A stretch of DNA of 64,000 nt from Chrysomallon squamiferum (lineage: Eukaryota; Animalia; Mollusca). The stretch covers positions 15,934,001 to 15,998,000 of the forward strand of contig CM022672.1 of NCBI GenBank assembly GCA_012295275.1, written 5' to 3'. Shown here in pieces: positions 13,610 to 26,081 of this stretch (position 1 is the first letter of the stretch; each line of letters opens with the position of its first letter). A program made the position numbers and the translations under genes. Below the pieces are notes generated by a model. It saw nothing but the letters and a program-made list of their open reading frames with translations, searched no databases and was not told the DNA's origin.

Positions 13610-14015
13610 CAGTGCTCAAACTGACCTAGACAGTCTGGTTGTCCTGTTACTCACACTGACCTATTCAGCAAGACAAAACTTGAGTTAACTACTCTGATTA
13701 ACTCAACAAATTATCAAACTGACCTATCTGTTGTGATAGACCTCTGATTCACAGAACTCTCTGACTGACCAATCCAGTGATAGATCTCTGGTTTACAGAG
13801 CTTTCAAACTGACCTATCTAGTGAGAGACATTTAATTCTTACTTAAAGTGAGCTGTCTAGATAGACATTTCTTCAAAAAACTCTGACTGAACTGTCAAGT
13901 TAGTTATGTCAAGTTCAAAGAGCTTTTGAAAGTGACCTATCCAGTGATCAGACTCAAAATTACAAAGATCTTAAATTCTCTTATCCAGTTTGATAGATCA
14001 TTTGCTCTGACCTCT
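13610..14015. repeat. Degenerate ~39-46 bp minisatellite with core AAACTGACCTATCTAGTGATAGA
   Basis: The core recurs at about 13622, 13657, 13720, 13766, 13810, 13849, 13888 and 13933. Confidence 0.75.
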
Positions 14016-16189
14016 TTAGCTTGCTCATGTCTTTTGTGTTCAATAAAAATGCTTTACAGATACGTTAACAATGAAAGAAGGGAAAAACAACAGTATTATT
14101 TAATGCACTTTCTCCATTTTAATACACTAAGGCAGCATTAACAATACATTAACCTGACTCATAACCCATCCACAATTCATTTCTTTGAAAAGCAAAGGGG
14201 GAAAAGTAAAAGGAGGGTGATAGGGATATACATAACACAAAATACTTTCAGAAAAGAACATCACAAATTAATATATATCTTCGTATAATTTTTCTTCTTT
14301 ATTTTTCCCTTTTTCAAGTGGGGCTAGAGCTAATCACAAACAAGGTTAGAGGTAATCACAAAAAAAACAACTAAATCTACAGCATCACTGGCTGATAGTT
14401 AATGTAAAACATCATCTGATTGGACAATTCCGACCCAAGGAATGGTCCAATGAAAATGGCTGCTACATTGCAGCTTTCAAATGTACAAGCTGAAAATATA
14501 CAAGAAAGATGAAACAGTCTATACAGATGAGGTGATAATGGCCATACACACATAACATAAAATAATACTTGAATCATAAGCAGAATCACAACGTAATTCC
14601 TCAGGAATTTGAAGAAAAAAACAATTACCTCCTGAGTTTGAAAATGATTTCATTGATACAAATTTTAGCTTCAAAATTTTTTTTCCTATTTGTTTATTGA
14701 TACTGAAGCATCTAAAAATTTGTGATGATAATTTTTTTATTTTTTTCTAGTAATTACTATGAATTCAAATTTATATATAGATACATATATAGAGTCAAAC
14801 AAAATTATAGTTTTTTTAATAAACCAAGGCTTCCATATGCAAAAATCATATATATAAGTATATATATATATATTTAGAAAGGCTAAAATATGTCACCGGT
14901 TATGGAAATACAAACCATGTCCACAAGCAAGAAGAATAATCCAATAGGCAAGGGAGGTAATTATTTGTTGTTGTTTTTAAGTATGCATAAAAACAAACTT
15001 GTAACAAAGGTAATCATCAAAATATCACTTGAAATTAAACTTGACTGGTTTAGTTGTCTACTGTCTTTTCCTATCTTTTAAATTTTTTTTTTTTTTTTTT
15101 TTTTAGTTTTTAAAAATTAGGGAATAAAAATATAATAAATAAAACAAAACAAATGAAAAATTGAAATGAATAAATAAAACAATTAAGAAGAAAAAAAGAA
15201 GGATAGGGCTAAAAAATGAGATTGTAAAACAACATAGAGTACAATTTAAGATTTAGAAGTCTGATTATCTGCATATTTTGAAAACAGTCTTGAGAGACTT
15301 AATGGAGTATCCAGTGAAAAACATGAGTGCTTTTAAAGGCCACGTATCAAAATATTCATACCCTTAGGATTTCAACTTCCTTGGGTTTTCATGAAGAAAC
15401 AGCCATATTTTGACAGATGGAGAAGCCTACACATTCCTGTTTTCACTTAACTTTGTACTAACATGTGCATCGGTGAATCAGTACATACAGATGTAAGATG
15501 AAAAAAATTCTTAAAAAACTGAAGGACAATTTGAAAGTTAAAACCTCCAAAAATAATAACAAAAAGATGATTAACAGTTGAAGTATTCTGTTGATTTATG
15601 TAGACTTTGGAGTTTCTAAAATATAAAAACCTTTTCTTTTCTTCTTTTTTTAAAAAAAGAAGAAAAAAGATTATTTATTTATTTATTTATTTAATTTTTT
15701 CATTACCAAAGTTTAATTAATTACAAAAATTATACACAAGACAGTTTTACTTTTAGGCAACCCTTTCTATTATTAACATAAGAAAGTAAAAATTATTTTA
15801 TCAGTACTGTATGCGTCATCTCTTAATTTAGTTTGTAATAAATAATATTAAAGAAAGCCAAAATATTTAAGAACATTTAAAATATCTAAAACATTGTACA
15901 TTAATATCCCAAACTTCACATTGGTAAAATTAAATTTTCACATAAAAATAAAAATGAAATGCATAATGTATTACGTACATATTTAAAATATTCATCAAAA
16001 CATAATCAAATAAAAATGTATTAAAACAACAATAATGGTTTTTTTTAATGTTTTTTTTTATCTGAATAGACTAGCAAAAACAAATGAAAACCAACCTAAA
16101 TATAAAACAAATAAACAAAATTTATTTAAGAATGTTTATAATATTTATGTCTACAATATAGCAAAACTAACTTACAGAATATTTTTATT

Positions 16190-16800
16190 TTATTTACCAC
16201 AATAATAACAGACCTACATTCATATTTAACAGTACAGACTGATATATTTACCATAACTGTAAACACACATATACCTTATCCATACCTTCATTGTGACAGA
16301 CCTACTTATGTTCTTGAAATATTTAATGGCATTAATGTATACAAAGTTATATTCCACAGATGTTACAGACACCTTTACTATAATTGTGAAATACCATATC
16401 TATATCATAGCTGTAACCGACAGATAATGTGATTATAACACACCTACACTATGACTGTACAGACCTACTTGAAGTACTTAAAGGTGTTAATATATACAGT
16501 TATTTACCATAGTTGTAACAGACCTTAATCATAATTGTAACATGTCTAAACCACAAATGTAACAGATTTGTATTTGGAGTACTTAACAATTAATATGTAA
16601 CACTATATTTGTAATGTACCTAAATATAATTACTTGAAATATTTTAACAGAGATTAACTTATTTAACTTAAATATTTAATAGTACTAATTCACATAACTA
16701 TTTGCCATAGTAAAGACAGACCTATTTTTTTATTTTATTTTCTCAAGTTTAGCCATATTAGTACATAATATTACCATCAATGTAACAAACCTATACAAAT
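16190..16800. repeat. Highly degenerate tandem repeat (ACAGACCTA / TTTACCATAGTTGTAA motifs)
   Basis: Recurrent motifs with irregular spacing. Confidence 0.6.
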
Positions 16801-17029
16801 TAACATTAATATTTAAAAACAGACTATTCCTTATATAAAACAGAAAACAAAGATCAAATCATATCCAACAAAATATCATAATGCTCATAAGAATAGACAT
16901 ACCATATTTATAAAAAAAAGTTTTATTTAAAAAAACAAAACAATTCTTAGCAAATATAACCTATTATAACTCATACTAGTAAAACTGTAACATTAGAACT
17001 TAAGAGACTACCTTTAGAATCAAACACAG

Positions 17030-17495
17030 TCCACTGTAATAATATGTAATGTGCTGATATTATTGTAGTCTTTGTTGGCAATATTGAAGTCCGTATGGGA
17101 ATATTATATTGAGACCGGTATTGTTACAGTGTATATAGGTAATATTACATTTTATGATGGTTAAAAGGTAAACAAGATTTGCTCTGATGAAGTATATTCT
17201 ATGTTGATAAATTATGGCATAGGTTGGTAAAATATAATTTGGATTGCTAAAATGTACTCTTTTGGTAACATGTTGACTGCTGGTAAAATATGGTCTATAG
17301 TGTAATACAGAGTCAGTGTTGGTAAAATATGGCCTGTACAGTAATAGAGTCAGTGTTGGTAAAATATTGTCTTTACTGGTAAAATGATGTCTGCTGGTAA
17401 AATATTGTCAACAGTGTAATATGGAGGCAGTATTGGTAAAATATGGTCTCTATCGTAATAGACTGTTTATACTGGCAAAATATTGTCTATTGTGA
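17030..17495. repeat. Degenerate ~39 bp minisatellite (GGTAAAATATGGTC...AGTGTT)
   Basis: GGTAAAATA occurs at 17282, 17321, 17358, 17396 and 17435. Confidence 0.75.
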
Positions 17496-18638
17496 GAATA
17501 TTAAGATCCACTTATAAACTAGAATAAAAATTGTTTAGATCTATACTACAAATTGTTGAAACATTTCAGATTCAAAAACTTAAATTTATAAAAACAAATT
17601 CTTTTGTAACAAACACTGTAGTGTCCCACTGAGTGGAACAAAATGGAAGATTGAGAGGCAAGAATGGGACAATATTTACAAGACTTGGCAACATAAACAT
17701 CACCCTGATTGTCCACAGGTATCGATTGACACAAAACAAACATCACTGTCCAAGTGACAAGAAGATATTTTTAATCAAATGTTACATGCTTTGTCTCTTG
17801 CTTTCATTCATTTTTCTTTCTTCTTTATTTTTTTAATCTTCTAATGTTGATTAACCTTTCAATACAATTTTGATTTCTTTTTCAATTTTTTTTTTTTTAA
17901 TGTTATTTACTATCCTTTGTAATCAATTGATTATCCAGACCTATATGTACAAAACAGGCAACAATAGCAAATTGATCTGATGTTATTACTGAAGTCATTG
18001 GCAAAGTCCATTGTTTGTGGTTATCAGCTCAACTACAAACACTGTTCTTATCCACAGTCATATATTAAAGGCAGTATTTGTATTCCTAGAATAATAATAA
18101 TGATAATAATAATGATAATAATAATAAATAATAATAATAATAATAATAGTAGTAGTAGTAGTAGTAGTAATAACAACAACAACAACAACAATAATAATAA
18201 TAATAATAATAAATCTTGTCTAGAATAATGACAGAAGTATTATTTGAGGTTTACAAGCCTGATTAGCTGTGGTTTTTCTACTTATTTTATGAAAGCTAGA
18301 AAGATTAATGCAGCATGAATCTAAAACATGAGTACATTTAATAGCTGTACTTTATATTATTAAGGACTAAAAGTTTCACTGTTATTATTCATCAGTTTTT
18401 GTTATGAGACCTAAGTCAAACTGATCACTGAAGGACTCCATGTTCTAGCTGGCACATTCCCTACACCACTTCCTTTCACTCCTCTACTGTGATCACCTTA
18501 TTCAATCCTTACCCTGGAACACACATTTCACATACCTTCCAAACCATAAGTAGCAACTGTTTGTCTTACATGCTATTGTACAAACGGGAAAACTTCCATA
18601 TAGATCTTCCCTGCACTCACATTCAAACCTTCGTTATA

Positions 18639-19022
18639 ACTTTCACACATCTCCCTTTTGAACAGACCCAAAACCTTTCAAACATCTCCTCGTTGTACAA
18701 CTCAAAACCTTCCACACATCTCCCTCCTTTGAACAGACACTAAACTTTCCACACAACTCCTCTTTGTACAACTCAAAACCTTTCATACATCTCACTCCTT
18801 TGAACAGGCCCAAAACCTTTCAAAACATCTCCTCTTTGTACAACTCAAAACCTTCCACACATCTCCCTCCTTTGAACAGACACTAAACCTTCCACACATC
18901 TCCTCTTTGTACAACTCAAAACCTTCCACACATCTCAATCCTTTGAACAGGCCCAAAACCATTCACACATCTCCCCCTTGTACAAACCAAAAACCTTCCA
19001 CACATCTCCCCTTTGTACACAA
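18639..19022. repeat. Minisatellite of 11 monomers of ~33-37 bp with higher-order structure
   Basis: Monomer AACCTTCCACACATCTCC..TTTG(A/T)ACA.., with alternating variants. Confidence 0.92.
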
Positions 19023-21093
19023 TAGTTCACTGCCCAGCCAGCCATGAAGTCAGCTTAACTACTAAAGTTGATGTCTCTTTCAGTGTGTTTGTTGAGCATG
19101 TCTGCACCAGTGCACACCAAAGCCATGAGGATCAATCAATGCATCCCTTCTAGGAGATTATTGAATGCCTGAGGACAATGCGGATAGCCTCTGACATACA
19201 TTTATATTGATGTTGACTCAAAGGGCAGCCATATTGCTTATGTAAATGCGCTGCGGGTAACACATTAATGTTTTCATGATGGTGCTCCACTGTACATACT
19301 TAAAATACAGACAAAGCCTCTGCTTCAGTGAGATACTGATCCCACAAACAATGGTGTCAAAACATTGAACTGTAAGCAAACAAAAAGGAAAATAAAGAGT
19401 CTTAAATATTTAAAAATTTATCAATGTAAACAGTTAATCCATTCTCGACACCAGAGTTTCCCAATACAAGAACATTTTCTGAAGTATGTGTATTATGTGT
19501 TGTTTTTTTATATTTTTATGAGTATCTTTTTGTGTTATGTAAATGTGTATGCACATAAAACATGCCTATATAATACAATATTTATACTGCCTTTAACTTT
19601 TTTCTTCTTCTTGTTTGAAAGGAAAGGAAAGAAAGGAAAAGTAGTTGCCTGTTTTGATACATATGTAAAAATTGTACATTATATCTTGATGACTATAAAA
19701 AGACTATATCCTAGAAGAATAATGAGATTGATAAAAAGAAATGATAATAAAACCCAAATCTAATAAAATGTTGATAGTTAACCTGTCACTGCTTGATGTT
19801 TTCTTTGTACTGATGTGTCACCAAAGATTACTCACACAAGCACGGAGAAATCATGTAAATTTGTTTTATGAAAGACCAATAAAATGTATTTTCTAAATTT
19901 TATTTTTTTTTTTTGTTTTATATATATATATATATATATTTTTTTTTTTCAAAGTGAAAAGTATGCGTCAGAATTTGTATTTTTTGAGAGCATTTGTAAA
20001 ACAAAATTACACGATCTCATATAATTTGATTAATCTGATGAATATTTGTACTCAAGATATTTCATCTCTTCATTTTTATTTTTAAAATTCTTTATTGTTT
20101 AAGTAGAAAATATTTCTTTATTGGTATGTTTTATTCTGGAAAAAACCCACTTAAGACAGAATGGTACAAAAAAAAAATAATTCCATATTTTAATATTTTG
20201 CAAGTTTAATAAAATAAAAAATATTATTATTTTTCTATTGATATATTTTTCTTTGGAAAAGAACAGAACATGAAGTCAAATATAAAATATTTAAATACTG
20301 GTCCATTTAATTCTGGAAAAAATTAAAAATGAAATCTAGAATACAATATTATTATGTTGGTTTATAAATATATTTAACTACAGAAAAAATTAATTAAAAA
20401 CCAAGTGTGCTTTTTTCTTTCTGTTATTATGTTTTACAAAATGAGTTAAGTAAGTGTCATGTGAAGTTTTATCTTAACTCTGAAAGTTTAAATTTTCATA
20501 CTTAACCGATTTTTTCCAGACAATGAACAATAATACAGTAAGAACTAAAACTCTGTATGAAACTTTTTATCAAATGTACTGAATTTTACCACTTTTCCGT
20601 TTTGTCTTAAAACCACACAACAAAACAAAATGTGTATTTAGTAAAATATAACATTTCAATCCTTTCAATGAAGTTAACAAGACACAATTTATCTCTGCAG
20701 AAATATATTATATACTTAATACAGTTTTAACAGCATTATCAAAACATAATAAAAAATAAAATAAAAATAAATAAATTCAGTAAAACAATATGTAGCATAT
20801 TTTTAAAACAATTTATTTAGTAAATTTTATGAAACAAAAGTGAATATGTGAAACAGAATATACTAAATACAGTTGATTAAACTTTATAAACATAAAATAA
20901 AAAAACTTTATATACTATACATCATACTTTTATAGTTATAACAATTATTTTTATTAGTAGTAGGAATATTATAATTTTTTTGAAGAAGATAACAAATCTA
21001 AATAGTTCTGGGAGGGTCTTATGTTTTTATAATATTATTTTGTTTTTGTTTTTTAAAGATCTTTTTTTCTTTAGAAGTATCAGAAGAAAGAAG

Positions 21094-21129
<36 letters not shown>

Positions 21130-23558
21130 TGATGGGTGCTTGACATTACAAGTTCTTTACAAATTCACATCCATTAAACTGTCATGTGTGGAGATTTAGA
21201 GTTGTATCTCCATCCAGTATCAGTAATTACTGTACAAGTGATCCACCCAAATGCTGCTAAACATTGACATATGATAGTGACTGTTGTAAGAAAACATGCT
21301 GGAGTTTTGTACTCTGGTCCATGCATCGTTACTCTGCAGTTACACGAGAAGAAAAGTGGCTTCCAGTGAAAGAGATAAAAGCATTTTTTCTTTCACATTT
21401 TAATTTGAATTTAAGTTTAAAGTTAACGAGATTAAACATGCATCTTTAACGTTTTAATAAGAATAAGATGACACATCTGCCCCATAACCTCAACCCATCC
21501 TCCCCCAACCCCAAAATTTTAAAATAATATGAAGTCTATTCACAAAATATATCATTTGAAAATCTATACTGTAATACGAAAAGCAAACAAGGCCATATTG
21601 TATGTGTTTGTAAAACATTAACCCTTAAAAATGTATATATGTTTTTATAAAGAGAGAAATTAAAATAATAAAATATGGTTAATACGTTTGACCTGTTGTC
21701 AGCACTTCTCTGTTTTATTTAACATAAAATACCAAGGATACATTTAAAAATTGTTTTTATTATTTTAGTCTTTATTTCAGTATGCATTCAAAGACTTTCC
21801 AGAAGAAAAATAAAATAATTCCTAAATTTAATTTCAGTTTTCGAAAGCACTGATCTTCAGTTAAAAAAGAAAAAAATCTCTCTCTCTATATATATAAAAT
21901 TTAAAAAGTAAAAAATAATTTTAAAAATTTATTATTTTCTTGAATAAGGTTCAATACTTAAAATTAATTTTTAAAATGCTTTGGACTAAATTGCATCAAA
22001 ATCTTTAAATTCTGAAGTTAAATTCATCGTATGAAAACCAAAGATGTGAAAAAAAAAAAAAACAATTGTAAAAAAAACAAACAAATCTTTGTGCACTGTA
22101 TCAGAGGAATATTGAAACTTATCAATAAAGAAATTCTAAAATCTGTACACTATTATTGCACCTGCAAATATAAACAATTTACAAGAAATTAATAATTCTA
22201 ATTACTTGATTAGTCTAGAAACTTTGGCAGGTGATAAAGAAAAAAAATAATAACTAAAGAAATCTTCTGATGTCTCAATGTTATCAGTAAAATATCTCTT
22301 ACAGGAATTTAATATCTTCAAGAAAAATATAGTAAACATACAGAATACACATTAAGACACAAATGTCCATTCAGTTCAGTGTACGTGTGTGCAGTCTGTT
22401 ACTATTTACAAAGTCATCAAGCAAAACAAAACAATAATCAAACAAGTCTGTCTGTTTGTTTGTGTGTTTGTGCACAACACTGATGGTATAGGTGGACAGC
22501 TTCTCATAAATATTTTATGACAAGAATGATGGTGGTAATGATGATGATTATGATGATGATGATGATGATGATCAATTCAGACTTCGTGCTGTGTGGTTGA
22601 CAAAGGTTTTGTACATCATCCACCAAAGAAAGACAAAAAAAAAAAAAAAAAATTTAACAGCTGCCTATGTTAATGTCAGCATTCAGATAGGTAACCTGCA
22701 TTGTAGATGTTGTTGTTGCTGCTGCTGCTGTTGTTGTTGTTGTTTCACCTCCTTTTTAAGCAATGATCTCATCAGCTTGCTCTGGCTGGTTTTCATCAAT
22801 GAATTTTCATTATTATTTTAATTTTACGAATACTTCAAAAACAAATATTGTATTTTAGATAATTACACAAATTTCAGAAAAATTAATAAAAAAAAAAGTA
22901 TTTTTGTTTTTAGAATTATGGACAAGGTCAACATACCAGCAACTTTTGGGTACCTATGGCAACCACTGAAGCCACAGCAAAAATATGGCAATATAGTTGT
23001 TTTTTCCCCACAAATAAAAATCACTGTTTCATTTTCCTGTCAAAGATTCATAGCACTGATTGGTTATCATTAATTATGTTAATTAGCACTCTTTTTCAAT
23101 GTACATTTTCAAAAACAGTCATATTTTTGGACAGCTCTGTCAGTAATATCAGCATTACAACACAATGGTCTTCTTCCAAACAAAAGGAATAAGAAAGAAA
23201 CTTCAGTCTCAGTTGTTTGTTGGTTTGTTGTTTTTTTTGGTGTCTTTTCAATTGATGACTTGATCAGAAAAAGATAAAATGTTCTTAAAATGTTTTCAAA
23301 CATTTTCTTCTTTTTATCCTTTTCAACAAGCAAGTAACGAAAAGAAAGCTTTCACGAGAGAACATTTTGTAATGCTTTGGCCCAAAAAAAAATTCATGTC
23401 CATCTTGCTGGTGTAGGTATCTGTATACATACAAGCAATAATAAAAAAAAAAAAAAAAATACAATTATTAAAAAAAAAAAAGGAGAGAAAGTTCAAAAAA
23501 CCTTCAGCTGAACCGAAAAAAAGAGAGAAGGGTTATGTATATATATATATATATATAT

Positions 23559-24333
23559 CTATTTACAGAGGCTTTGATCCAACACTTCTTTCATTAGAGG
23601 CTGAATTCCTTCAGGGTTGACTCTCAAAAGCACCTGCGAGTGTTCCTCGTTGAGGTTACGAATGTCTGTCAACTTCATGAGCAGTTTGGGGTAGAGGCAG
23701 CGGACAAAGTGAGCAGGGTACTTAGATTCCAGGTATCGCTGTAGCAACAGGGCGTACCTGTCCTGCTCCCGCGCCACGTACAGCTTGTCGGAAATGCTCG
23801 GCCTGTCAGGCGAGAACAGCGCAATCACCAGCAGCAGGATGAGAACAGTTTCGTCAGCCTGCAGGTCGACGGCCAGCGACTTGACAAACTTCATGTGCTC
23901 CTCAAACAGTCCGCCTCCTTCACACATCTTCAGCTGCTCCTCCGTCATCGCGTACTTCTCCTTGTCGTAGGGGTCGAGGAAGTGACCCTTCTCGCGGTCG
24001 AACGTTATCACCGATCGAATGATCAGCAACTCTATGCTGCCTCCTTTGAGTAAGTTGATCTGATCGGGCTGGGACAGGGCTTTGAAGGCTTTGATCTTCT
24101 TCGACATGTCAATGACGCGACGGACGCTCACTTCGGCGATGTTGACGAGGTCGGTCATGGACGGTTCTTCTCGCGAGATGTCGGATTCGATGGAGATTTC
24201 TAGAGACTGGCGGTAGGCTCCAACCAGTTCGTTTATGTGCATCGACTCATCCTGCTCCAAGGGTCGAACTCTCGTCTGTGAGGAGCTGACATCTCCAATC
24301 TGCATCTTTTTGCTGTCATAGTCTCGAATTTTC
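23559..24333 (-). CDS. HR96: Exon 4 (terminal coding exon): short hinge plus the entire ligand-binding domain
   Basis: Contains the LBD signature SKKIKAFKALSQPDQINLLKGGSIELLIIRS, the LFSPDRP motif, KLTDIRNLN (helix 10) and an AF-2-like PLMKEVLD. The acceptor ttttcag|G at 24333 is in frame with ORF 23559..24305, and the stop is TAG at 23561-23559. Confidence 0.96.
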
Positions 24334-24601
24334 CTGAAAATTAACAGTAGTAATGATTATGATGACAATGATGATGATGGCGATGGTGAAAAAATGAACA
24401 TATGAAATTTTCAATGTCAGTTTTTCACCTAATGATAATTAAATAATTGAATAATTATCTCTTTCTGCTTAATTATTAATTTATAGAAAGTGTCTCCTTG
24501 CTTTTTCTAAAAGTAATTCTTTTAATATACACTGAGCAGATATCATAATAATTATTATTTTCCAATTAAAAAAAAAAAAAAAAATTAAAACTCAGTTTTA
24601 C

Positions 24602-24768
24602 CTGTTTTCCTCTATTCGCTGCCTTTTTCTCACTTTCTCTTCTTCTGTCAAGATGTATTCTTTGCGCATTCCAATCTCAAAACATTTCCTTAGTCGACAT
24701 CGTTTACAAAAACGTCGATTGGAAACATCCATCTTGCATTTCTCCTCGTAAGGACATTTGAAGTAATC
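24602..24768 (-). CDS. HR96: Exon 3: second zinc finger and C-terminal extension (DYFKCPYEEKCKMDVSNRRFCKRCRLRKCFEIGMRKEYILTEEEKVRKRQRIEEN); absent from the ORF track
   Basis: Translated by hand, showing finger 2 as C-x5-C-x9-C-x2-C. The acceptor is ttcttcag|GAT and the donor AACAG|gtaaaa; phases 0 and 2 fit both neighbouring exons. Confidence 0.96.
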
Positions 24769-26047
24769 CTGAAGAATATAAAATATTATAGAATATTAAT
24801 TTTGAAATGTGAAATAAATCCAAAACTTAATCTGTAACATGATTTCAGGTAAAATGACAAGAACAACAAGAACAATAAGAACAACAACAACAAAAAATAC
24901 AAACCAATTAATACTTATTTAATTACTATTGAAAATTAATTAAAAATAAGATGTTATGTAGAAAATTCAGAAACTCTTATGTTTACTTATTGTTTAAAAT
25001 TCAGACCAGCACTATATAAATTGAGATAACATAAAATAGAAAATTCTAAAAAAAAAGAAGAAGAGAAAATTACAGATTAAAGTAAAAACAACATGTTTGA
25101 TTCATTATTTGGTAATTTCATGATCATGGTCATCATTATTATTGATATTAAAATTTGTCTTCTTTCTCATTCTAACTCAGCAATCACAAGGCATTACAAC
25201 TGACAGCAAGAAGAAGAAGAAGAAAAACATCAGTGCACTATTAACCCACATATTTAATTACCCATTTGATTCCAAGTCATTCTGTCTATATAAAAACCAC
25301 TTTGAATTAATTTAAGATACAAAGAATCAATTTTTTGAAAATATATTTGTCTTCAACAACAATTTAAAAATTAGCTAGAAAAAGGCTTCATGTACTCTTG
25401 GCAGTATTAGGAAACACACCGAAAAACAAACCCAAAAAAAAATTAATAATAATTGTTTAATGGTCATTTATAAATAACTAGGAGATATTATTTAACCAAT
25501 TTCTTGGGACAGGTGGCTGTTTAGATGTAGAAAGATTGCCTGAAGCATGACTGGCATAGAATTAACTTTTTTTTGGTATGGGCACTGGTCTGTTTTTTCC
25601 TTTCAGGAAACGTTTGATAACAGGATTGACAAAGGATATGGCACGAGGCTTCCTGAGATGGTAAATATAAGAGTTAGTTTCCTACTAAGTGATGTCAGTA
25701 GTGCTAGTCTATTCTCGTCTGTTGTTAATGTAAGAAAATATACTGATAACAATCAGTAAACATTAAAATATTACAAAAAAAAAAAAAAGACTCAAATATT
25801 GTAAAAATAAAAATGTGTTTATACGTGTTCACACAAACACACACATACATACATACACACACAAAAACAGCACTAACAAACTCAAACAAAGCCCGTGAAT
25901 AATTCACAATCACACACACTTATTTAACATTTACAACCCATTCAGCTAGTCTTATGTAAGTATGCCACATCTCCTTGGACATCTATATTTAGCAAATTCT
26001 TAAAAAATAATGATTTTTAAATGGCATTTTTACTTTCATGGATTTTT

Positions 26048-26081
<34 letters not shown>

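Noticed and set aside
23785-23970. Plus-strand 61-aa ORF inside the LBD exon
   Set aside because: Antisense shadow of the real CDS.
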